DNA from: a virus
Taxonomy: Duplodnaviria > Caudoviricetes
Reading direction: 5' to 3' (one strand)
IMG/VR virus record: IMGVR_UViG_3300005259_000079
Location: 1-42,451 of that record
Length of the DNA stretch: 42,451 bases
The position numbers were made by a program, and so were the translations under genes. The notes under the pieces are model-generated. The model was not told the DNA's origin and did not search any database. It saw nothing but the letters and a program-made list of their open reading frames with translations. This document shows, piece by piece, positions 1 through 8,769 of the stretch (its first letter is position 1; each line of letters starts with the position of its first letter).

Positions 1-1368
1 CTAGAGACCGGACGATGATGAAGAAGAGGTGGACGATGAAGATGTCCACCACGCACCGGATGAAGTCGATGACGTCGACGAAGAAGACGATGTCGAAGAG
101 GACGATGAGGATGTTGATGACGAAGACGTAAAACATCCCAGCTTGGCCACATCGCTGCCGCTGACCGGCTTCATAAATGTAATATCCGGCAGACTGCCGT
201 CCGATTTGCGTGCCGCCGTCATCTGAGAGGCATCCAAACTCTGAAAGTCGGCACTGGAAACAGTGACGCCGCTGATGGTCCAGGAATTGTTCGTCACGTT
301 GGCGCTGGGGAGATTGGCATTTTTAATCGTTGTCCCTGTATATGCGATATTGTAGTGGAGCACTTCTCTTGTGCCCGAGATATCCGTGCTGTTGGTTCGA
401 CTGACGCGTTCCAGCATGTTGAAATTGCCGTCAGCGTTGTTATAAGCCGTATTGTAGGTCCAGTCCGCAGCCTTTCCCGGCTGGTGATTGGCATAAAAGC
501 CGTTGGCGCCGTTATTGGCCGACAAACAATATTTAACGGTGTGAACCGGCAGTGAACCGGGGGGTGTTGCCGTTCCCCAGCCGCCAACTTTGAAGCCGTT
601 CGAGTCTCCCCCGCCATTCATATTATACGCCCAGCAGTGATCAAACGTGACCGCCCCTGTCGAAGCGAGAGCGTCAAAGCCGTCATCGCTGCAATTCCAG
701 GCGCGGCAGCCGTAAAAAGTCACCTTGCCGCCGTGAGCGCCAAAGCAATCCGTATTGCCCCGCGAGTTACCGGTGGTTCCGATATTGTTGTAGGAATCGC
801 AGTTGGTACAGGACCCCGATCCTTCTCCCGTGAAATAAAAACCGTTGGCCGCGTTGTTATAGGCCGTCATCCGGTCAAACGCGGCGTTGCCTTCGATGCG
901 GAAGCATTCGGACTGCTTTTGATTGCCGACGGGAACGCCGGTGACCTTAAAGCCCCGGAAAGTCACGCCGGTTACGCCGGCCTTGATATGGAAGGCGGCA
1001 ACACGCTTGGCGGTTGTAATGGATGAAAAGTTAAAAACGGGCGTTTCTCCCGAGTAGGCTGCATAGGTGATGCCGCTTTTCGTGATCTGATGAACGTAAT
1101 TATAGTTGCTGTCGGAGGCCATGATGCTGAAGCTGCTGTAAGTCCCGCCGCGCAGATAAACCGTATCGCCGGACGAGGCCCTGGATTGGGCTTTGGCAAT
1201 GCTCTTAAAGGGAGCGCTTAAAGTCCCCCCGTCGCTGTCATTGCCACTGGGCGACACATAATAAACAGCCGCGCGGGCGACGGATGCGGAGAAAACAGCC
1301 AGGCCGACCGCAGACACCAGGAACAAAAGTACGAACACCGATCGCAGAAGCAAGATTCTTCTTAACAT
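1..1368 (-). CDS. Secreted right-handed beta-helix protein, pectate lyase family 9-like, with Ser-rich C-terminal tail (host)
   Basis: Signal peptide ending ARA-A; YYVSPSGNDS..GT..APFKSI..A N-terminal motif; GDTVYLRGGTY, NCDSYNN, SDDGFD, NGFKVGG typical of PL9/Pel9A-like proteins. Start placed at ATG 1368 with GGAGGT SD at 1379-1374. Confidence 0.75.
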   Translation of the reverse strand: MLRRILLLRSVFVLLFLVSAVGLAVFSASVARAAVYYVSPSGNDSDGGTLSAPFKSIAKAQSRASSGDTVYLRGGTYSSFSIMASDSNYNYVHQITKSGITYAAYSGETPVFNFSSITTAKRVAAFHIKAGVTGVTFRGFKVTGVPVGNQKQSECFRIEGNAAFDRMTAYNNAANGFYFTGEGSGSCTNCDSYNNIGTTGNSRGNTDCFGAHGGKVTFYGCRAWNCSDDGFDALASTGAVTFDHCWAYNMNGGGDSNGFKVGGWGTATPPGSLPVHTVKYCLSANNGANGFYANHQPGKAADWTYNTAYNNADGNFNMLERVSRTNSTDISGTREVLHYNIAYTGTTIKNANLPSANVTNNSWTISGVTVSSADFQSLDASQMTAARKSDGSLPDITFMKPVSGSDVAKLGCFTSSSSTSSSSSSTSSSSSTSSTSSGAWWTSSSSTSSSSSSGL

Positions 1369-1660
1369 GAGAGACCTCCGGAAAATCAATTTGAATGGCG
1401 ATATCTTCACCCGAACAAATCCGACGATTTCTTGATGTTCTTTTGTGTAAAGACTACATTCAGATTTTGGAGTGTACGCAACATGCGTGCCATATGTGCC
1501 TGCTGGTTTATCTATTGGAATTGCCGATTATATTTGCCGAATTTTTTTTTAAACAGGATGGCGGTTTTGTCCTGCGGGACAGAAGTGTCCGAGATTGGGA
1601 CAGTCGGGAACATCAGGTATTTCCGGCCGACCTGAAAACAGGCTGGTAAGAGAGAGCAAT

Positions 1661-2662
1661 TTATTCCTTAACCTTCAGCATAATTTTCCCGATGTGTCCC
1701 GACGATTCCATCAGGTCATGAGCTCTGGAAACCTCCGATAATGGAAAGATATCGGATATCAGAACGTTCAATCTCCGGGCGGCAAAAAGCGGCCAGACGT
1801 TTTGCACAAGGGCGCGGGCAATGGCGGCTTTTTCCTCGATGGACCGGGGGCGCAACATGGAGCCGGTAAATGTCAGGTTTTTTGTCAAGATCGGCAGGCA
1901 GTCGAGTTCCACTTTTGCGCCCTGCATAAAAGCGATTTGTACCAGACGGCCGTTGCGGGCCAGGAGCATTAAATTCTTCTGAATATACGGGCCGCCCACA
2001 AAATCAAGGATGCAGTCGACACCGCGTGGAGCGGTCAGACCGGTAATTTCTTTGGCCCAGTCCTGTGCGGCGTAATCCAGCACAATGTCCGCCCCGAGGC
2101 TTTTAGCGGCCGCCATTTGATCGGCGCCTGTGACGGTGGTGAACACTTTCGCGCCGAAGGCTTTGGCGAGTTGAATGGCGGTGTAGCCGATGCCGCCTGC
2201 TCCGCCGTGGGCCAGAAAGGTTTCTCCGGTCTTGAGGCCGCCGCGTTCAAAGACGTTGGACCAGACTGTGAAATAGTTTTCGGGCAGCGCCGCCGCTTCG
2301 GAAAGAGAAAGGCCCTCCGGAATGGGCAGACAGTGTACTGCAGGAACGGCGCAGTATTCGGCGTAGCCGCCGCCGGGCACCAGGGCGCAAACGCGATCGC
2401 CGACGTTCCACTGCATGACGTCATTGGCTTTCTCTACGATGGTTCCGGCCGCTTCCAGCCCCAGAACGGGCGAGGCGCCGGGCGGCGGCGGATAGACGCC
2501 CATACGCTGGAAAACATCCGGACGGTTGACGCCGGCCCAGGCGACTTCCATCAGAACGTCACCGGGCTTCAACTGCGGCAGAGGTGAAGTTGCAAGCTTC
2601 ATGGAGGAGGAAGGTCCTCCCTTGCCGTGATCGATATAATTCATTGTTATGGGGCGTCCCAT
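1661..2662 (-). CDS. NADPH:quinone oxidoreductase, zeta-crystallin/PIG3 family (host)
   Basis: AGVNRPD..QR.G.YPPPPGAS..LGLE, GGGYAEY, HGGAGGIG, C-terminal HIGKI; SD AAGGAG upstream. Confidence 0.92.
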   Translation of the reverse strand: MGRPITMNYIDHGKGGPSSSMKLATSPLPQLKPGDVLMEVAWAGVNRPDVFQRMGVYPPPPGASPVLGLEAAGTIVEKANDVMQWNVGDRVCALVPGGGYAEYCAVPAVHCLPIPEGLSLSEAAALPENYFTVWSNVFERGGLKTGETFLAHGGAGGIGYTAIQLAKAFGAKVFTTVTGADQMAAAKSLGADIVLDYAAQDWAKEITGLTAPRGVDCILDFVGGPYIQKNLMLLARNGRLVQIAFMQGAKVELDCLPILTKNLTFTGSMLRPRSIEEKAAIARALVQNVWPLFAARRLNVLISDIFPLSEVSRAHDLMESSGHIGKIMLKVKE

Positions 2663-2699
2663 GGCTTACTCCTTATTAAAAAGGTTATACCCGTTTGAT

Positions 2700-2730
2700 G
2701 TCCTCCTCTGGAGGGGGCGCAGGAGGAGGT
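2700..2730. repeat. Host purine/pyrimidine-tract palindrome (TCCTCCTCTGGAGGGGGCGCAGGAGGAGG)
   Basis: Same C-tract/hairpin/G-tract architecture as the elements at 16940, 30443, 32678, 38243 and 38655. Confidence 0.45.
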
Positions 2731-2768
2731 CATCTCTTTAATATTTTTCTATGTTATCCATAATCTAT

Positions 2769-2840
2769 GTAGTACGGGTCTCGCGTGACCTTCAGGTTAT
2801 TAGACCCGCCAGGGCGTGCGCACCTGAAGGTACGCACTAC
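2769..2840. repeat. Host GTAG-family REP-like element
   Basis: Begins GTAG, ends CTAC; inner inverted repeats CGGGTCT/AGACCCG and ACCTTCAGGT/ACCTGAAGGT. Confidence 0.65.
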
Positions 2841-2913
2841 ATAATGAATCCTTTTGTATCATGCTTAACTTAACACCACGCCACGCCTTGCCCCCCCGGC
2901 GGGGGACAGTTCG

Positions 2914-3423
2914 TTATTCCAGAACCGCTTCGATCAGAGAAGGTCCAGGCTCCTGAAGCGCCGCCTGAAACGCTTGAATAAATGCTTCGGAAGTGTTGAC
3001 GGATACGGCGGGAACGCCCATCCCGCGGCTTAAGCTGACCCAGTCGAGATTGGGGCGATCGAGCGTCATCAACGACTTGGCCCGATCGCCAAGCGTTGTA
3101 TAACCGGCCCTCAGGCATTCCAGTTCGATGGTGAAGTACCGGCGGTTGGAGCACAGGATGGTGATGACGTTTGTTTTTTCGCGCGCCTGCGACCACAGGG
3201 CCTGAAGTGTGTACATGGCGCTGCCGTCGGCCTGAAGATTGATTACCCGGCGTTCCGGCGCGGCCAGCGCCGCTCCGAGTGCAACCGGCATGCCCATGCC
3301 GATGGCGCCGCCGGTGAGCGTCAGATGACTGTAAGGCTTTAAGAAAGGCGAGTAAGCGTAATAAAAAGCCCCGGTGGAAATGCCTTCTTCAACGACCACG
3401 CAGCCCTCCGGTTGCAGGGCGGC
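2914..3423 (-). pseudogene. C-terminal fragment of a ThDP-dependent enzyme (acetolactate synthase large subunit-like), interrupted by the prophage
   Basis: TGGAIGMGMP.A.GAA and ThDP-binding ADGSAMYT...ILCSNRRY motifs; only about 170 aa of a normally 500+ aa protein; frame enters AT-rich phage sequence after ..AALQPEG. Confidence 0.85.
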
Positions 3424-3612
3424 TGAAAGAAGTAAGCTAATTGGAGACAAATGGGATTAGCCAGGTTATGGTGGGAAGAGATGAGATGAAAGCATTGATA
3501 TTCTTATGTATGGAAACATATTTGTTGCTTTTTTTTGCTGATTATTACTTATCTTTGTCGCCGAATAGCTTTCACGTTATCCCGGTTAATATTGAAATGT
3601 AATTGGCGACAA
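3424..3612 (+). promoter_or_regulatory. Left end (attL) with three candidate transposase-binding sites
   Basis: TG at 3424; TAATTGGAGACAA 3438-3450, inverted TATTCGGCGACAA 3567-3555, TAATTGGCGACAA 3600-3612. Confidence 0.7.
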
Positions 3613-3617
3613 TATTA

Positions 3618-4085
3618 TTATATTTTATTTTCTTTTAATACGAAGAAGCGTGGCATTTTTCTGGGTATTCCTTCTTTGTCTTTGTAATCGAAATAGTCTC
3701 CACTGGCTTTAATAATTGCACTTATTCTTCTGTATCTGGCACTACCATTTGTAAAATCAAATAATGCATGCTGAGGTGGTATATAATATTCACCTGTGTC
3801 CGTACCAATCCTATAAATAGCATGCTTTTCATCGATGAGATATGCGAATTGCGCAAAATCAACCTTAAAGCATGTTCCACTTTTATTATTAATATTAGCA
3901 GTGTATGATTCAGATATTGATGTTCCATTCTTATCGTTATTTTGTGATTTTTTAAGAATAACAATATTAATTAATGACTTGGATGGCTTAATCCCGTCAG
4001 GACAAACATTTTTTAAGTTATCTTCTGCATATAAATTCATCGACCATAATGCCATTATTAACATTGATATGATTAATTTTCTCAT
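3618..4085 (-). CDS. Exported hypothetical protein (lysogenic moron)
   Basis: N-terminal signal peptide (MRKLIISMLIMALWSMNLYA); AT-rich; overlaps stop of upstream gene; co-oriented with repressor. Confidence 0.7.
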   Translation of the reverse strand: MRKLIISMLIMALWSMNLYAEDNLKNVCPDGIKPSKSLINIVILKKSQNNDKNGTSISESYTANINNKSGTCFKVDFAQFAYLIDEKHAIYRIGTDTGEYYIPPQHALFDFTNGSARYRRISAIIKASGDYFDYKDKEGIPRKMPRFFVLKENKI

Positions 4086-4309
4086 CGTTCTGCCTTCTGA
4101 AGATTTGAATTTATTTGTTTATATTTTCCTCGCATAGCCAGCCATGCAGGAAATCCTACGATCCAGAGTAGCAGGCTTACACAAAACCATCCACCAGGCC
4201 CCATATCAGTGATACCTTTTATTTGACCCTTTTGAACTCCAATCGCTTTTGCGTCAAAATATACCCAGATGCTACTAGCTACAATAACAATAATAATTAA
4301 TGCATCCAT
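4082..4309 (-). CDS. Small two-TM membrane protein (lysogenic moron)
   Basis: Two hydrophobic segments, WVYFDA...W..LLWIVGFP pattern; SD AAGGAG. Confidence 0.75.
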   Translation of the reverse strand: MDALIIIVIVASSIWVYFDAKAIGVQKGQIKGITDMGPGGWFCVSLLLWIVGFPAWLAMRGKYKQINSNLQKAER

Positions 4310-4352
4310 AAAATCTCCTTGATTTAGAATACTCTTTCTAATCTATTTATTC

Positions 4353-4892
4353 TTATTTCTTTTCAATATTATTTACTTTTTCAATACAATTACTAAGCCG
4401 ATTAATTTGATCTAACTGCATCGTTAATTCCAATATTTTTGCGTATAATATAAAGGATAAATCCGTTCCGGATGTGAGGAGTTTGTAGGCCTTTCCCATT
4501 GCTTCTTCAAGGTTTATTTTTTGCTCGGGCGATAGCGAATTCCAGAGATCTTGAGGCGGCCTAACACCCTGGTCAATCTGCTGTTGAATCACGCTGTCTG
4601 TTACACGTTTAACATTATCTTCGGTGATCTCTGGATCGCCGCAAACCTCCGGGAATTTTGCGCGAGCGCCTGGGAATGGTTCTCCACGGCCCGTGATCAA
4701 CCACAATCCATCATAACCATAGTCTTTGCTGAGTGATGATAATACCGCACCTTTCGCATTGCCTCTGGCGTTTCTGTAACTTTGAACAGTCTCCTTTGAA
4801 ATGCCCCATTTTTTTGCCAGTGCGAAATTGGTTATATGGTGCTCATCAACAATACGGTTAATTACCCATGCTAATCTTTCGCGTTCTTCCAT
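4353..4892 (-). CDS. Prophage repressor (Xre-type HTH, no S24 peptidase domain)
   Basis: N-terminal HTH (NFALAKKWGISKETVQSY...WLITGRGEP); divergent from ner as Mu c is. Confidence 0.8.
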   Translation of the reverse strand: MEERERLAWVINRIVDEHHITNFALAKKWGISKETVQSYRNARGNAKGAVLSSLSKDYGYDGLWLITGRGEPFPGARAKFPEVCGDPEITEDNVKRVTDSVIQQQIDQGVRPPQDLWNSLSPEQKINLEEAMGKAYKLLTSGTDLSFILYAKILELTMQLDQINRLSNCIEKVNNIEKK

Positions 4893-5135
4893 AATTTATA
4901 TCACCTATTATGATATTAATTTGCATTACACTTTCGATGGCAAGTGTAAACCAAAGTGTAATTACTAATTAGATATATATTTTATTTAATAATATTAAGC
5001 ATATGTAAATAATATGCTAAATATTTTCTCGAAATTAAGCATAATGCTATTTTTTATCTTGACAGTGATATTTTTTAGCATTATAGAGTCGGTAAATGAA
5101 CGGGCACAATAAAGTCTATAAGGAGGATAAAAAAA
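4893..5135. promoter_or_regulatory. Immunity region: early promoter and candidate operators
   Basis: TTGACA 5059-5064, 17 bp, TATAGA 5082-5087 on +; repeated or palindromic AGCAT boxes near 4995-5022, 5034-5051 and 5074-5085; TTACACTT/AAGTGTAA inverted repeats 4927-4961. Confidence 0.65.
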
Positions 5136-5432
5136 ATGAACAGAAAGCATACCACAGTTAAACCCACCGGCATGACTCCCGAAGAAATAATTAGAGCAAT
5201 TGAAGATGCGGGATTGAATCAAGCTGCTATTGCGCGGGTCTGCGAAAAGAAACCTCAGGCCGTGTGGTCTGTTATTCATGGAAAATCTGTTTCGATTACA
5301 ATTCATAAAGCGATCGCAAAAGCCATCAATAAAGACATCCAGCAGATCTGGCCGCAGCATTACCTTAACAGAACTCCGAAACCTGGTCCCAAAAAGATCA
5401 TCTGGGATATAGAAGCGGCTCAAATTCAATAA
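5136..5432 (+). CDS. ner: Ner-like DNA-binding protein
   Basis: M.PEEI...I...G.....IAR and I..AIA..I.......IWP..Y Ner signature; first early gene; SD AGGAGG. Confidence 0.85.
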   Translation: MNRKHTTVKPTGMTPEEIIRAIEDAGLNQAAIARVCEKKPQAVWSVIHGKSVSITIHKAIAKAINKDIQQIWPQHYLNRTPKPGPKKIIWDIEAAQIQ

Positions 5433-5459
5433 TGTCGTTAATGTTTTAATCATGGCCAC

Positions 5460-5488
5460 TTTATAACCGAAATACAGGGGCTTATCAA
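5460..5488 (-). promoter_or_regulatory. Leftward sigma70 promoter reading antisense through ner toward the repressor
   Basis: Minus strand TTGATA (5488-5483), 17 bp, TATAAA (5465-5460). Confidence 0.55.
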
Positions 5489-5991
5489 TGACCAAAAAAA
5501 GAAATTGTTTTGATACCAATCAAGTAAGTTTGGCCTTCGACGGACCTTTTGAAGCCTATGCTCGCTTGAAAGACAACATCATCAATGCACCGCAATCGCA
5601 TTCACCAATCGAAAGTTATGACGAAGCATGCATTGAACTTGCAGCAGTATTAAAGAGCACCATCCGTGATTCCGGATATTCCAGAGAGCAAATCGTCGAT
5701 AGAGTCAATGAATATTTTGGGTGGTCGACAAAAGACAAGCGAAAATGCCTCACCATTGCCATGCTCAATAATTATCTCAGCAAGCCTACACAGTATGCCA
5801 TTCCCGCAGTCGGCATCATGGCCATCCAGCATATCTGCTCTTCTCTTAAGCCGATCGGTTTTATGGCGGACCTGGAGGGCGGAAAGGTCATCACCCGACA
5901 GGAAGTCAGGGAACTTAACCTGGGCAAGCTGGAAAAAACCGTCAGGGAAATCATGAAAATGAAGAAGGACTTAATGAAGGGAGCCCGATAA
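5488..5991 (+). CDS. Early hypothetical protein, probable DNA-binding regulator
   Basis: 167 aa between ner and A; SREQIVDRVNE...LTIAMLNNYLS HTH-like segment. Confidence 0.7.
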   Translation: MTKKRNCFDTNQVSLAFDGPFEAYARLKDNIINAPQSHSPIESYDEACIELAAVLKSTIRDSGYSREQIVDRVNEYFGWSTKDKRKCLTIAMLNNYLSKPTQYAIPAVGIMAIQHICSSLKPIGFMADLEGGKVITRQEVRELNLGKLEKTVREIMKMKKDLMKGAR

Positions 5992-6158
5992 TGCGCGCAT
6001 CCTTATATATAAAGAATACTGCATATATCAGCGCCGAAAAATTCAGTTCGATTATAGATATTCTGGATAGCGATAAAGCAAAAAAAATCATCTGGATCTT
6101 TATGTTATTGGCGTTCTTGTATTTTACGCCTGTGACCATATCAATAATGACAAGGTAA
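5991..6158 (+). CDS. Small membrane protein, 55 aa (below ORF-track cutoff)
   Basis: TAATG coupling to upstream gene; MRASLYIK...KKIIWIFMLLAFLYFTPVTISIMTR; fills the gap before A. Confidence 0.55.
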   Translation: MRASLYIKNTAYISAEKFSSIIDILDSDKAKKIIWIFMLLAFLYFTPVTISIMTR

Positions 6159-6166
6159 AAACTGCA

Positions 6167-8446
6167 ATGGCAGATAACAAAACATACACAGCAAAGGAAA
6201 TAGCTGACGTTTTAAGCATCACAAAGCAAACCGTGATGAGAAGAGCGCAGAATGAAAACTGGCTGTATATAGAAGAGCAAGTAAGAGGCGGGAAACTGCG
6301 GCAGTATGCACTTTCCTCCCTGCCAGCCGATGTCCAGGAATCCATCGTAAAACATAAAGGTGTTAATCCGGATATGCTGCCGGCGCTTAAACCTTCGGCA
6401 GCCGCCGTCATGATCAATCAATATAATGATACAGATACCCTTTTTCCCTCCTTTACCCAGGCGCTCACACCGGTGGCCCAGGGCGGGCTCGGCCTTATGC
6501 AAACCCAGTACAACCCCGAAACAGTCATCCGCGAGCAGGATATGACTGATCCGCGCATTGTAAAAATCCTTGCGATCTTAAGGGAATGCGAAGACGTACC
6601 CCGCAATTGGGCCACCGGAAAGCGCAAATGGATAGAATCTGTCGCCATGAGGCACAACGTCACATGGCAATCCATATATAAATGGATGAAAAAGTATGAA
6701 CAGAAGGGCATCGCCGGCCTGCGTCACACCAAATCTTACGCCGATTCGCCCCGCAACTGGACGCCGGATGCCGTTGATTTTTGGGTAAGTTTATGCGGCA
6801 AGCGCGAACATCGAGACGCAAACCGGCGTGCTCTTTACGACAACATCCTTATTATAGAGGCATCCCGACGCGGCTGGACCATCGGAAAATATGAAAGCGC
6901 CAACTGGTGGTTTAAAAAGAAGTGGAATCCATGCCTGGACGCTCTCCAACGCGGCGGCATGCGCGCCCTGGACAACATTCTCCCGCCAATCCTGCGCGAT
7001 TATTCAGACCTTTCCCCCTTCCAGATTATCGTCGGAGACCAGCACCGATTCGACCGCTGGGTTATGGACGAAGAAACCGGCGAAATCTTCCGGCCGGAAG
7101 GTTACCTCTGGCAGGATCTGCGCACCCGCGTCATCTACGGCGCGGCCGTCGATAAAAAATATGACGCCTGGCTGATCGGCCTGGCCCTGCGCATCGGCGT
7201 CTCCTGTTACGGCGCTTTCGGTTCAATTTATACCGACAACGGCAAGCCCGAAATATCGCGCTTTGTCACATCCATCCTGGCCAATATGCGCGCCCACGGC
7301 ATGGAATGGGAAAAGACCGACGAACTGGTCACAGACTTGCTCGATGTTGATGCCGAGGATATTTCACCTTGCTGCATCATGCCTGGATCACACCGCCTTG
7401 CAATTGTTAAAAATGCCAAAGCTAAAATGATAGAAGGTACTTTCGATAATATCGAAGATATCCAGGCATCAGTACAGTTACTACCCGGACAAACCAAAAC
7501 CATGAAAGATGATATTCACTGGCAAGATATCGATCATCAAGAGGCCAAAAATCTTGCCGCCCAGGGAAAACTCCTGACCAGCCGCGAGTTCGCCCTGGCA
7601 CTTTACCGAGCCTGCGACTACTACAATAGCAAAAAGACACATCGCGGCGTCCGGTCGGAATGGGCATGGAAACCAATACCCGCTGCGGTTACGCCGCATG
7701 ACTGCCTGCGCTCCTGCTATCACGACGGCTGGCGGCCCAAGATGTTATCCAATGACGCAGCCGACCTTCTCTTTTTAGCGCGAGACAGCCGCATCATCAA
7801 TAAGGGTATGATCAGCCTGAACAATGAATTTTATATTCACGATTCCCTTATCGAAATGCATAAAGAGCGCGTTGATATCCGTTACAACCCCATGACTTAT
7901 GCCGAATGCCATGTTTATAAAGCGGGAAAGTATATCTGCACGGCTTATCCGGTTGAGCGATCATCCATGATCGATGCCGACCTGGCATCGCGCAAAATCG
8001 CCGAAAAGCGCGAGCGCCGCCGCCGTTTTGCAGAGGAATTCAGAAAAATATCGGCTGTCGCGCCCGATTTCAGGCAGTATTCGCAGGTGCCGGAAGCTGA
8101 GCGCGTGGCTGCTTTAATCGGTACCGAACGAAAACAGCGCGCCATCGAAAACAAGGAAATTAATCGCGTCATTACCCAGGAAGAACTCGATGAAAAAGTA
8201 AAGATCATCGAGGAATTGAATCGTATCCCGGCCAAAACAGCTAAGCCTTTGGCTGGACCGCGCCCATCGTATTTCCTCTCTGATGCTCAGCGCCATGACT
8301 GGTGCATCAATGCATTTGTTGACGGTACGATTAACGACGAAGACCGCGCCTGGATGGAATCATACGAAGACGCAATGGATGATGATGACCGCAAAAGATG
8401 GGAATTTGCGCGAGAATTCCGCGCCCAGGAAGCTGCGGCGCAATAA
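6167..8446 (+). CDS. MuA-like DDE transposase
   Basis: N-terminal Mu HTH (YTAKEIA...RRAQNENW...GGK..Y..SSLP), catalytic IVGDQH / IYTDNG / KMIEGTF, Mu-transposase C-terminal beta-barrel. Confidence 0.95.
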   Translation: MADNKTYTAKEIADVLSITKQTVMRRAQNENWLYIEEQVRGGKLRQYALSSLPADVQESIVKHKGVNPDMLPALKPSAAAVMINQYNDTDTLFPSFTQALTPVAQGGLGLMQTQYNPETVIREQDMTDPRIVKILAILRECEDVPRNWATGKRKWIESVAMRHNVTWQSIYKWMKKYEQKGIAGLRHTKSYADSPRNWTPDAVDFWVSLCGKREHRDANRRALYDNILIIEASRRGWTIGKYESANWWFKKKWNPCLDALQRGGMRALDNILPPILRDYSDLSPFQIIVGDQHRFDRWVMDEETGEIFRPEGYLWQDLRTRVIYGAAVDKKYDAWLIGLALRIGVSCYGAFGSIYTDNGKPEISRFVTSILANMRAHGMEWEKTDELVTDLLDVDAEDISPCCIMPGSHRLAIVKNAKAKMIEGTFDNIEDIQASVQLLPGQTKTMKDDIHWQDIDHQEAKNLAAQGKLLTSREFALALYRACDYYNSKKTHRGVRSEWAWKPIPAAVTPHDCLRSCYHDGWRPKMLSNDAADLLFLARDSRIINKGMISLNNEFYIHDSLIEMHKERVDIRYNPMTYAECHVYKAGKYICTAYPVERSSMIDADLASRKIAEKRERRRRFAEEFRKISAVAPDFRQYSQVPEAERVAALIGTERKQRAIENKEINRVITQEELDEKVKIIEELNRIPAKTAKPLAGPRPSYFLSDAQRHDWCINAFVDGTINDEDRAWMESYEDAMDDDDRKRWEFAREFRAQEAAAQ

Positions 8447-8461
8447 ACACAGGAGGAAGTT

Positions 8462-8740
8462 ATGAAATTTTTAACAACCAAGAAGGATAAAAAATTGATC
8501 GTGAAAATCTGTGAACGCGGATGGGGAGAGGTCAGTAAATTTTATACTGATTTCATCGATATGATGATGGATATTACCGCCGTCCATTTAAACGACTGTC
8601 GCCTGGATCTTCCAAAGTTACTCGCTGCTGACGATTTTAATTTTTATCACGATATTTTCGGAATCGCTCAATACATTGATCGGACAACGGGAAAACTCAA
8701 AGACTGTTTTTTGCCGCGATCCGCTAAGCCCCACAAATAG
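8462..8740 (+). CDS. Conserved phage hypothetical protein between A and B (resembles DUF6874)
   Basis: MDITAVH...LDL..LLAADDFNF.HDI.GI..IDR.TGKL..CFLPR; strong SD. Family name is from recall. Confidence 0.75.
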   Translation: MKFLTTKKDKKLIVKICERGWGEVSKFYTDFIDMMMDITAVHLNDCRLDLPKLLAADDFNFYHDIFGIAQYIDRTTGKLKDCFLPRSAKPHK

Positions 8741-8769
8741 AATATCGATAATCGACACAGGAGGATTAA

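Noticed and set aside
29-226. Asp/Glu-rich 65-aa ORF on +
   Set aside because: It is the antisense shadow of the Ser-rich tail of the lyase gene.
3424-3450. ORF-track start MSPISLLLS for the ThDP enzyme
   Set aside because: These codons are prophage end sequence read in frame by chance; the real gene is interrupted.
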